From Ginglymostoma cirratum (taxonomy: Eukaryota): 64,000 nt of DNA. Positions within the stretch are counted from its first letter, which is position 1; each line of letters begins with the position of its first letter. Of this stretch, positions 50,896 to 61,907 are shown in pieces. Location of the stretch: the NCBI GenBank assembly GCA_024137785.1, contig JAHRHZ010000082.1:8587727-8651726 (forward strand), written 5' to 3'. The notes beneath the pieces were generated by a model, which saw only the letters and a list, made by a program, of their open reading frames with translations, did no database searches and was not told where the DNA came from. The translations under genes and the position numbers were made by a program.

Positions 50896-51409
50896 GAGAT
50901 AGCAAGAAATGCAGATGCTGGAGACAGAAATAGCGAAGTGTGGAAATGGAGGGACACAGCAGGCCAGGCAGCATCAGGAAAGTTGACGTTTCAGGTTGGG
51001 ACCCTTCTTCAGAAATGGGGAGGGGGAAGAGAGCTGGGAAATAAATAGAGAGAGGAGGGATGGAGCTGGAGAAGGTAGGTGGGATGGCGATAGATGAGTA
51101 CAGGTAGGGAGTGGTGGGGATTGGTCAGTGAGGTTGGGGGGTGGATCGTTGGGAGAGAAGATGGACAGGTTGTGTCAAGTCAAGGAGGTGGGGATGAGAG
51201 GGAGGATTGGACATGGAATGAGGCTGGGGATGGGGAGACTTTGAAGCTGGTAAAGTACACATTTAGGCCATTGGGTTGTAGGTGGAATAGGAGGTGCTGC
51301 TCCTCCAGTTTCCAGGTGGCGTCATTGTGACACTGGAGGAGGCCCAGGATGGACATGTCACCCAGGGAGTGGGAGGGGGAGTTAAAATGGTTCACGACTG
51401 GAAGGTGTA
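50896..51409 (-). mobile_element. Penelope-like element, family A, 5'-truncated (GIY-YIG C-terminus plus pLTR)
   Basis: Peptide LPVVNHFNSPSHSLGDMSILGLLQCHNDATWKLEEQHLLFHLQPNGLNV (PVA.HFN...R...E..LI..L..P.GLN signature). It runs into the same terminal repeat as the fold-back units. Hammerhead core on minus at 50985-51012. Confidence 0.88.
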
Positions 51410-51439
51410 GTTTAAGTTTAAGTTTTAAATTTAAGTGTG

Positions 51440-52225
51440 CAGGTAGAGCAAGTGAATAGGGAGGCAAATGGGATTCTGTCACTTACTGCAAAGGGAGTTG
51501 AATATATAAGTGGAGAAGTTTTGCTACCGTTGCGGCGCATTGGTGAGGCCACAGCTTGAGTACACATTCTCTTTATATATGAAACAATATAATTGTATTC
51601 AATTAGTGCAGATTCTTTCTAGGTTTACAAAGTGGGAAGTTGATCAAAAGTACTCAGAACTTTTGTGTGTGGGTAGACTAGATTTTGAATAAGCAATTGC
51701 AGGGTTCCAGTGGTTGCGCTGAGCATATTTGAACAGACTTCCTAAGGGGACTTCCAGAGAAGATTCACTTGACCAAAACCTGAGATGAAAGGTTACATTA
51801 TGAGGAAAAGTTGAGCAGGTTGGGCTGATATACATTGAAGTTTAGAAGACAGGAAAGTGATTTTCTCAAACTATGTGACATTCTGAGGCAACTTGAAGAG
51901 TAGATGTTGAAATAACTTTCCCCTTTCAGGGTGGAGAGGAGCTCAGCGAAACTGCTTAAGAAGAAATGGGGTTTCCCATTTTAGATGGAGAAAAGGCGAA
52001 ATATTTTCTTTCAGAGTGGTATTAGTCTGTGGAATTCGCTTCCTCAGAGCGCTGTAGATATAGTAATTGGATATTTTTAAGACTGTGAGTATTGACTGAC
52101 AAGATTCAAAGGTTATAGAAGCTTGACAGGAAATTAAAGACTACAATCAGATCGACCATAATCTTACCAAATGGCGCAAGTCTTGAGGGGCCAAATGAAT
52201 TAATCCTGCTCCTAATTCATTTGTT
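51440..52225 (+). mobile_element. Degenerate CR1 LINE 3' fragment
   Basis: GALVRPQLEY peptide, CAGAGTGGTATTAGTCTGTGGAATTCGCTTCCTCAG (LWNSLPQ) and the tail CCTGCTCCTAATTCATTTGTTTGT. Confidence 0.75.
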
Positions 52226-52979
52226 TGTACGCATGCCTCCTGAAGACTGCTTCAGGTTTGCCAACAGCTGGCATCAGGATGGGTGGGGTACTGAACGTAA
52301 GCCCCCTAACTTGCCTCAGACCACATCGCCCCAAATGTCTCATGAACTTTACATCACGATTCACATCCCACCCCCAATGACATTTGACAAGGCTTGCAGG
52401 CCTTTGGTGATCCTGGGCCTCAAACAGAATTGCTGTCAGCTCTCATCACACTGGACATTCCCCCTCCACCAACCCTGAGAACCTAGGAAAAGCCCCAAAG
52501 GTGCCCACCTAAGTGCCTGAAAGATAATTAACACAGTGGAACTGATGGGGGTCCTGCACAGATTCTGACTCTTTAGCGAGACCCCAGTTATCAATTGAAT
52601 CCTGCTGCTCGTGGAGACAAAGGCATCCCAGTACCAGAACTATCTCAATTTCCTTCGATTTAAATCAATGGAAAAGAAACCACCCAGTAGGTTTTGTCCT
52701 TTCTGCGCTGTGTTCTGATGAAGCTTAAAGCCAAAGAGGCAAAAATTGAACATCTGCCCCAAGCTTTCTAGAACTTTATGGCCTTCACTGTCCCCAGATT
52801 ATCCGTGCAGTGAAAAATTGTGGTATATTGCATTTGCAAGTTTTAAAACATGGTATAAAAGATGCTACAACATTCCTATTTTGACACAGATATTAATTCC
52901 AGACAGAAAACTTCTGAATTTTAAAACCATATCCACTGCTACAAGCCACATCAATTAAAAAAATTATATTGCTTGCTGA

Positions 52980-53113
52980 GAGATAGCAAGAACTGCAGAT
53001 ACTGGAGTCAGGGATAACACAGTGTGGAGCTAGAGGAACACAGCAGGCTAGGCAGCACCAGAGGAGCAGGAAAGTTGGTGTTTTGGGTCGGGATCCTTCT
53101 TCAGAAATGGGTC
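52980..53113 (-). mobile_element. Single-arm Penelope-like pLTR insertion, family A
   Basis: GAGATAGCAAGAACTGCAGAT...CCTTCTTCAGAAATGGG. Perfect TSD ATTGCTTGCTGA 52968-52979 / 53114-53125. Confidence 0.85.
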
Positions 53114-53282
53114 ATTGCTTGCTGATGTCTTCTGAAGATTTTTTTAAAGAAACTCCTGGTTTGTTGATCTCACTGTGACCTGTTTTGGGTCAGGATCCTT
53201 CTTCAGAAATGGGTCATTGCTTGCTGATGTCTTCTGAAGCTTTTTTTAAAGAAACTTCTGATTTGTTGATCTCACTGTGACC
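53079..53282. repeat. 102-bp tandem duplication
   Basis: 53079-53180 and 53181-53282 are ungapped copies with only a few substitutions. Confidence 0.92.
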
Positions 53283-53926
53283 TTCTGCTCTGTGAAACTA
53301 GCGGAACTGTCCAGAAAATACAAGGTACCTTTTTGCCCTTGGTTTAACATTGCTTCATAATATCCCTGCATGCCATCTAAAAGGCCCACACCCACTATAG
53401 CAAGTATTATCAGGAGGTAGTATAGGGACTTCTTACATCAACAGTTCCCTGCTTCTGGAGGTTGGTGTTCTGAAAGAATGAATGGGTGAAAATCCAGCCC
53501 AATGGCCCTTGGCGTAAGTTTATGATCCCAAATCTATTTTCAGCTGTAAAGCACTTGAGTATTTTTTAATCAACAGGAGGGTTGCTTTATGTGTGTCATT
53601 TTTGTCAATTTATATTTTCTGAATGTTTTATTCAAATATTAATGATACAAGTCAACACTGTATGTAGACTTAACTGTTTGATAGTAGCACCTGTCATGAC
53701 AGACAAGACAAAATTAAGAATATTCCATGCAGGAATCACAGGGTCTCACCTTGTATGACCCCACTGCAATGTAGATATTTTTAAACAACCTCTTCAAACT
53801 CAAACTGGGGGCAAGTGTGACTTGAATGTGAACCTTCTGGCTCTGAGGTAGGGAAGATACCATTGTGTTACGAAAGCTCTGATTTCATTTCTTGAGTGGG
53901 ATTCGACCTTGGAGCTTCTGATTGGG

Positions 53927-56298
53927 AGACCAAAAGATGTAGGAGCAGAAGTCAATCATTGAGTCTGCTCCACCATTCAATGAGATCATGGCATGTCTTG
54001 TATTCTTCAACTTCACTTTCCTACCTTTTCCCTACAATCCTTTGTTTCCTTACTGATTAAAAATCTGTCTATCTCAGCCTTGAATAAACTTAATGACCCC
54101 AGCTTTGACAGTCCCCTGTGTTAAAGAATTCCACTGATTAAATACTTCTGAAAGAAGAAATTCTTCCTCATCCCTGTCCCAAATGTGGGACTCCTATTCT
54201 AAGATTGTGCCACCTGGTCCTCGATTATCTCATAAAGAGAAACAACCACTTTGCATCTACCCTGTCAATTGCCCTCAGAATCTCATATACTTCAATGATC
54301 TTTCCCTTTAATCTTCTAAATTCCAGTGAGTACTGGCCAAACCTACTCAACTTCTCCCATGAGACAGTCCCTTCAGACATTGTATTAGTTTAGTGAACCT
54401 CCTCTGGAGTGCCTCCAGTGCCAGTGTATCGTTCCTTAGATAAGGGATCCAAAACTGTTCATAGTATCCCAGCTGTGGTCTAACTAGTACCTTATGTAGT
54501 TTTAGCAAAACCTCTCTAATTTATATTCCATTTCCTTTGCCAACACTAGAAGCCAACACTCCATTTGCTTTCCCTATTATCTGCTGAACTTGGATGCAAA
54601 CTTTTTGATTCATGGACAAATGCTCCCAAATCCCTGTGTTCGGTAGCTTTCCATAGTCTTTTTCCATTTTAATAATATTCAGCTCCTCTATTCTTCCTGG
54701 CAAAGTGCATAATTTCACATTTCCTACATTATGTACCACTCACCAAGTATTTGTTCACTTGCTTAAACCTCTCTATATCCTTCTACAGACTCTTTGTTTC
54801 ATCCTCACCACTTGCCTCAGCACCTTTTTTATGTCATCTACAAACGTGGCTACAACTTACAGGCTATCATCCTATACCCTCTTGTTCCAACTCTCTGTCT
54901 TCCATGAGTTAGCCAATCCTCTATCCATGCTAATATATTGACGCCATCACTGTGCGCACTTATCTTATTAAGTAGTCTAATGTGTGGTATCTCATCAAAC
55001 ACCTTCTGAAAATTAAAATATATTGCATCCACTTCTGCCCCTTTATCTATCCAGCTTGTTACCTCCTCAAGAAATTCTAGCAAATTTGCCAGGCATGATT
55101 TCCCTTCATGAAGCCATGCTCACTCTGCTTGATCATATTATGCATTTTGAAATGGTCTGCTATTAAATCCCTTATAACAGATTCTTAACATCTTGCTATT
55201 AATAGACATTAAGCTAATGGCCCTTTAGTTACCTATTATTTGTATCCTTCTCTTTTTACATAGAAATTTTACATCAGCAGTTTTCCAATCCTCTGGGACT
55301 TTTCTAGAATCTAATGATTCTTGGACGATTGCCAACAGTGCATCTAAAATTTCTATAGTTACTCAGTTTAATATCCTAGGATGCATCCCATCAGATTCAG
55401 GGAATTTGTCGGTCTTTAGCCCCACGATTTTCCCTGGCACCTTTTCTCTTGTGATAATTGTTATATTTATTTCTTCTCCTCCTTTTCTATTTCATTAATT
55501 AGTAATCTTGGAATGTTATTAGTGTCTTCTACTGGGGAGACTGATGCAAAATATTGATTCAAACCACTGACATTTCCTGGTTCTCCATTACTATTTCCCC
55601 AGCCTTGTACTCTTAGGGGCTTATGTTCAGTTTTGCTTCGCTTCTCCTTTTTATATATTTGATAAAACTCCTGCTATCCATCTTGATAATACTTGTAAAT
55701 TAACTCTTAAAGATTATTTTTTCCCTCTTTATAACTTTTTGATAACCTTCTGTCGATTTATTAAACTTCCCCAATCCTCCGCTTATCTTGAATCTTTCCC
55801 ACATTACATGTTTTTCTTTCAGGATGAAACTACACTTAAATTTCCTGGTTACCCATAGTTGGATCATCCCCATCCCAGAATCCTTTTCCCTCACTAACAC
55901 ATATCTTTCCAATGAGCTGTAAACTATTTTAAATGAATGCCATTTTTCCTCTTAAGTCTTTATTGCTAAACTCCTTTCCCAGTCGACTCCAGCTAGGTCT
56001 GCCGTAATTCCTTTGTAATTGTCCTTGCTTAAGCTTAACAGAACTGTTTGCTACTCAAGTTCCTCCCTCTCAAACTGCATGCTAAATTCTGTCAATGTTT
56101 CCTACGGGAACTTTCACTCTGACATCATATAATATACCTGACTCATTACGCGTCACCAGATCCAAAATAGCTTGATTCCTGATTGAATTCACAATATATT
56201 GTTATAGGAAATTGTCCCAAGTACACTCTATGAATTCTTCCTCGTGGATGCCTCTGCCAGTCTAACTATCCCATTCTACATGAAGATTAAAGTCACCC
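53927..56298 (-). mobile_element. CR1 LINE, about 2.4 kb, 5'-truncated in the endonuclease, with a deletion in the RT core
   Basis: GDFNLH (AAGATTAAAGTCACCC, about 56283-56298), LEFLEEVTSWIDKGAEVDAIYFNFQKVFDEIPHIRLLNKI...WIEDWL..RQRVG, FVDD, QVQQIIGKANGVLA and a CR1 3' UTR. Confidence 0.92.
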
Positions 56299-57297
56299 AG
56301 CAGAGATGCTACCCATTATATCACAAGAGCTCCTAGTCTGCATTATACAAATGAAACAATGAACGTATCATGTTTGCAAGTTCAATTTCTGCGGCAGACG
56401 GTACCTACTTACTTGCAACATTTTTTTGGTTTGTCTCGCTTAACATTGTGTCATGATCTCAGTTGGGTAGAATGGCCAAGATGCCATAGCGGAATCCTTC
56501 TCCCTGGTTTCTTCAACATATGCAACAAAGCGTGTACCTATCTTTTCCGGAAAACCAGAGTTTGAGATGTCCTCCAGTCTGACAGAATCATTAAACACTT
56601 CACATTTGTTTGCTTTTTATCTTACAGACGCCAGTACACCCAGCAGCTGTACACTTCCTTTACTGTTATTCCAGCCAGCTGCATACTTTCTACTTAATAT
56701 CCAAATCTATGATGCCATTGCACAGCCAGCAGCTCTCAAACAGCTGCAGGTTGCTGAATCATTAGCCACTTTTGAGGGCTATCTGCCAAAAAAATGAGCA
56801 ATGCATTGTAAGAGGAAAGACTCAGTCCTGTCTGAGAAGCTGTACAGTGTTTTGGACAGTAGCTAGTGCACATTTAATGGGATTAGGGTGTATGGTCTCC
56901 ATCTTAGCTGCTTGCTTAGAGGAAGGGGTGGATGGCAAAAGCTTGAAAGCTTGGCTTGCACTCATGTCCAAATTAAGCCAAGAATTCAATCATTTTAAAC
57001 CATCTCATTTTAATGATTCCAATGTGTTACAAGCTTACATCATTAATTTTATTGTGTATCGCTATGTTTTTTAGCAGAGGTCTCTAAATTTTAACGAAAA
57101 TGAGGCATATTTTTCCTAAACGCACTGAAGCTAAGCAGGAGGAGTATTCACATATATAATCTTAAATTGCTCTTTATGATTAAATAATAGAGTAGAGTAG
57201 ATAGTGTAATTGAACATCATCCTTGGAAACCATTCAATAAACATGTTGAAAAGATTTTTTTAACACTGTTTCCATATTAATGATCTTTAAGTAAAAA

Positions 57298-57765
57298 TTC
57301 ATTCTTAGGATGTGAACGCTGTTGCCAAGACTATCATTTATTCCCCATTGCTAATTGCTCTTGACAGATGGTGGTGAGCCACCTTTTTGAACCGCAGTGT
57401 GGGTGTAGCCTCGATACTTTTTGCTACTGTGATATTGATACAATGGCTTACCAAGCCTTTACAGAGGGCAGTTAAGAATGAACCACATTACTGTGGATCT
57501 AGAGTCACATGTAGGCCAGACGAAGAAAGATTGGCAGATTTCCTCCCATGAAGAGCATCAGTGAACTGAATGACATTTCTTGACAATCAGTGGTAGTTTC
57601 ATTATCATCATTAATGAGTGGCACTTTCTTCTCGCTTTATTCATTAATTGAAAATAACTGCCTGAAGCTGCTGTGTTGATGTTAAGAACTCATGCCTTCA
57701 AAGCATTCAGCCACAACTCAGGATTACTAATCCATTAACGTTACCATGAAATTCATTACCTCGAA
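57298..57765 (-). mobile_element. Family Z SINE with an extended LINE-derived tail
   Basis: AGAGGGCAGTTAAGAATGAACCACATTACTGTGGATCTAGAGTCACATGTAGGCCAGAC core. The tail 57298-57395 matches the LINE end at 41053-41155. Confidence 0.72.
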
Positions 57766-59175
57766 ACAATTAATGTCACTAAAATGCATGAGATGCTTTA
57801 TCGTGAAAAAGTTGTGTTTAGAATGAAGTTCAACTAAGATTTTTTTGCTGGCCTTGAATTGATGGTGGATTTCACAGTATGCAGCTGTGGTACAAAAACA
57901 GCACATTCAGCCCAATCAGTCCATGCTAGAGCTTGTGCTCCAGACAAACCTCCTCCCATCCTTCTTTAGCTATTCCCTCCTTTGTCTAATTTGTTCAGTA
58001 GAATTTGTTAGCAACTCTCAACCTCCACTCCACAAGCCTGAAACAGATTGATGCAATGCAATAGAGGTTGGCATAAATTGGCATCTTGTAGCATTGAGAC
58101 ATCTCATGATCATAGCTGACTTGAGGAACAACAAAACATTCACTTTTCATTATTTGCAGGTTTGCTACCTGGAGATCTAGCTACTTCCTAGGTCAGCCCC
58201 AGACTCCCTTTTTTTTCTCATAAACTCATCTATTCTGATCACATCTTTCTTCTTGGTCAATAGAAAATTTTATGTAGGTTATATATATAGTTCGACTACC
58301 CGCAGGAAGTTTGTGCCCCTTTCCACTGTGGATAATGAGGATTTGGTGTAATTAATCCTGGAAAATATTCTCTTTTTATCCTAAACCTGTAGGATTCATA
58401 CTTCCCAAAGTCCCCACCCAATCCCTCCACATTTGCCTGCACCTACCTACCCTTCCCACCCAGACTCAGACAGATGAGGTGAAATGTCTGGGTACTGTTA
58501 TTCACAGTCCATCCTGCATGCAGCCAGTGTGCTACTGATCATAGATAATATCCCCCCTCCTTTATTACACCCTTATCAGCCATTCTTTACAGTCTGGTCT
58601 TCTTCAAAATCCTGCTGCCTCCCAATTCCCCCCTTTTGTACTATACCCTTGTCCAGAGCATGCAGCCCCTGGTCCTGAAGATACAATGCTGAGGTTCACT
58701 GCTGCAACTTTAGCTCCTATTTCACTTCACACCCTAAACTCTTTTCTCCTTCCTCCTTATTTTCTGAGGGTAGACCCAGCCAACTGACCATGACCCATCT
58801 CTTTGACCGACATGACCAGATAGCCACAGGACAGTTGACCGCTGTCGATACATCTCTGGACCACATTAACCCAAATACTTCCCCATTCTCCAGAATGGCA
58901 AGTGGACTGACTGTGGCCTATTCGTCTTGTACTCCAGAGGCATGGACTCCCTGACTGAGAGCACCCCTCACTGTCAACATACCTGACCAGATGCCTGTCA
59001 GTGGCTAATGAGGTTGTTGACTTGCTCGCCGAGCTGGCTTGTATTAGTTCAGACGTTTCATCACCATGCTAGGTGACATCATCAGTGGAGCCTCTGACCT
59101 GACACACTGGCCACACTGCCCTACATCAAGAACATATCAGAACTGACAACAAGACTCCTAAGACCGCTAGGAATC

Positions 59176-59700
59176 ATGGTGGCCCACAAGCCCACGGCCA
59201 CTATACCACAAACACTTACAAGGATTAAAGACCCCATTCCTACAACATGCAAAACCAACATGGTTTACAAAATACCATGCAACGATTGCCACAAACATTA
59301 CATTGGACAGACAGGAAGGAAACTAGCCATCAGAATACATGAACATCAGCTAGCAGCAAAACAGCACAACGAACTCTCCTTAATATTGGTACATTCAGAC
59401 AATGAAGGCTATCAATTTAACTGGGACAAGGTAACCATAGTAGCCAAAGCCAAACATAGACATGCACAGGAATTCCTAGAGGTATGGTTCTCCACCCATA
59501 CTTCAATCAACAAACATATAGAATTCGACCTCATATACAAACCCACACAGATCAAAACCAGAAATGACACTACTCACCATAACAGAGTGGACAGTATAAA
59601 TTCCAAGTGGAGTAGAATAACATCGCCATCGGAGGCTCCACTGATGATGTCACCTAGCATAGTGACGAAACGTCTGAACAAGAACAAGCCAGCTCGGTGA
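59176..59700 (+). pseudogene. GIY-YIG endonuclease domain of a PLE (open fragment of a 5'-truncated RT-EN ORF)
   Basis: NMVYKIPCNDCHKHYIGQTGRKLAIRIHEH contains VY-CxxC-YIG, the catalytic Arg region and EH. Later HRHAQEFLEVWFS..SINK. The upstream in-frame ATLPYIKNISELTTRLLRPLG is the PLE RT-EN linker. Confidence 0.92.
59641..59674 (+). ncRNA. Minimal type-I hammerhead ribozyme core; second copy on minus strand at 59052-59085
   Basis: CTGATGA-T-GTCAC-CTAGCATA-GTGAC-GAAACGTC: perfect 5-bp stem II, intact core, predicted cleavage after C59674. Confidence 0.78.
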
Positions 59701-60131
59701 GCAAGTCAACAACTTCACCCACAACGCGAGCTACAGGTCTTTGCCAAAACTTTAGTGGCCAATGCTCTGGATCATTATGGGAGGCTGTGTTGACTTAGTT
59801 CCATGGCCTCCTAATGACAGGTGTCTCCAATGACTTCACTGAAGACTACTCCAATAACAATTTGAGACATTGCTGCCTGCTTACCGCACATGCGATGTGT
59901 TTGTCACATAAGCTGTTGGCACATGGAGCAGGTGTGAGATTGATGTAGCATACTGCAGTCCAGCGAGACATACGTCCCCCAGGCTGAGGACTGCAAGACA
60001 AGCTGCCTGGATTTCTGGGTGCTCTAATTGAATTGGCACAGCAAGGCAAGGTAAGTGTGATGGTGTGAGCAAGCTGCTAGGAGCTAAGTGAGCAAGCACT
60101 AACAGAGCAAACAAGCATGCCTGAGATGCAG

Positions 60132-60340
60132 AGACAGCAGGAACTGCAGATGCTGGAGAATCTGAGATAACAAGGTGTAGAGCTGGATGAACACAGCAGG
60201 CCAAGGAGCATCAGAGGAGCAGGAAGACTGACGTTTCGGGCCTTCTTCCTTTCTGAAGAAAGATCTAGGCCCAAAACGTCAGCCTTCCTGCTCTTCTGAT
60301 GCTGTTTGGCCTGCTGTGTTCATCCAGCTCTACACCTTGT
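60132..60340 (-). mobile_element. Fold-back Penelope-like insertion, family A
   Basis: Inverted arms about 60169-60242 and 60268-60341. Perfect TSD TGCCTGAGATGCAG 60118-60131 / 60341-60354. Confidence 0.9.
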
Positions 60341-61620
60341 TGCCTGAGATGCAGTCTGATTCAGTCTGTGAGCTAGGTGCCTGTTCCTGCAATGCAAGTC
60401 TATGCATTCTTATGGCAATAAGTGAATAGTACCAGGATAATCGAGATGGGCTGGCAGATGGCAGATGCCAATGTCGGTGGAGGAGGAGTCAGTACAGCTG
60501 TTGCCTTGTATCTACACTGAATTACGGTTTGATTGCAAGCAACATAGACGTCATTTGGATCTTGCAGTGTGCTGAATCACCAGGTACACCTTCTGGTTTT
60601 CTTGTCAAAGCTTCCTAACGTCAAGATTGTTTGACAAGCTTGAGAAAAGGGAGTCTAAATATCAATCAGCCAAGCTGTTGTATTAACAAGGAGTTTCCAA
60701 AATGTTAACCACCATCAATCAGCACCCACTGCTGCCTATTGAGAATCACACCACACCTCTTGTGAATAGTGTGAAAGGAGAAGTGAGGGATGGGCTTTGA
60801 GATGGGCTACACTGCACTTCTCTCCCATTGTTTCTTACACCCTATTTGATTCTGCCCAAACTCTTCTTAAAAAGTTCAAACTTGCATCCCCTTCTGCAAG
60901 TGGATTGGTGACTCTCCCCTTGTCTCACCTCTATTAAAACCAGAAGTGGCTGAGTTCCTGTGTCAATTTCTTTAGTTCTTACGCTCCTGACCAAACAAAA
61001 CCTATCCAGTTTTGGGGGCTAAAATTGCATTCCGTTTGCACATTTTCTGAATGATACTCAGCTATTTAAACGAAATATTGGGAGGTGTTTTTATAAGTAA
61101 TGCAGTGGAAAATATTTTCGTATTTGAAAAACACTAGAGACTTTACAGGATTGGTAGTTGCTTGACACAGACTCTGCATTGTTACAAACAGATTGCTATA
61201 GACTGAGAAATTATACGTGACCATTGGCCAGGGTTTTGCAATGGGACTGACAGAAAAACTGTCAATATTGATCATCAGTAATCCACTAGAACTGACAGCA
61301 ATTTGAAGTCTGCATAAGCGGAAAACTGTGTGGAAAACCAGAGGGCTATCAGTGATTTAAATTTCTTCCAAAGGTTTGGTATTGAGGCATGACTGTCAAC
61401 AATCACCACTCCCACTCAGTTCTCCTGTCTCTCTCTCTCATACGCAGGCACCCCAGTGAAAAATCATTGAATTGACAAGAAATTCGACACTTGCTCTGTT
61501 AGCCTTACTGTAAAAACATTAATTTCATAAGTACCACTGCACACTCTCAATTGTTCTGAAAATCTACTTTTATACTTAAGGAGTGCCAAGTATTCCACTT
61601 TATAAAATGTTGCGAATATT

Positions 61621-61839
61621 ACAGTGTGGAGCTGGAGGAACACAGCAGGCCAGGCAGCATCAGAGGAGCAGAAAAGCTAATGTTTCGGGTCGGGACCCTT
61701 CTTCAGAAAAAGGGTCTGAAGAAGGGTCCTGACCCAAAACGTCAGCTTTCCTGCTCCTCCGATGCTGCCTGGCCTGCTGTGTTCCTCCAGCTCCACACTG
61801 TGTTATCTCAGACTCCAGCAAGAGCAGTCTTACTATCTC
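61621..61839 (+). mobile_element. Fold-back Penelope-like insertion, family A
   Basis: Inverted arms 61621-61707 and 61715-61801. TSD TGTTGCGAATATT 61608-61620 / TGTTGCAAATATT 61840-61852. Confidence 0.9.
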
Positions 61840-61907
61840 TGTTGCAAATATTGTTGTGATTCAATTGAGACGGGTACACCATTAGCTCAGCACCACCTTT
61901 CCATAGC

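Larger units (their letters stand above)
59011..59753 (+). mobile_element. Penelope-like element, family C: inverted partial pLTR, 5'-truncated ORF and 3' pLTR
   Basis: 59011-59095 is the reverse complement of about 59631-59715. TSD AGTGGCTAATG 59000-59010 / AGTGGCCAATG 59754-59764. Carries a GIY-YIG ORF. Confidence 0.93.
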
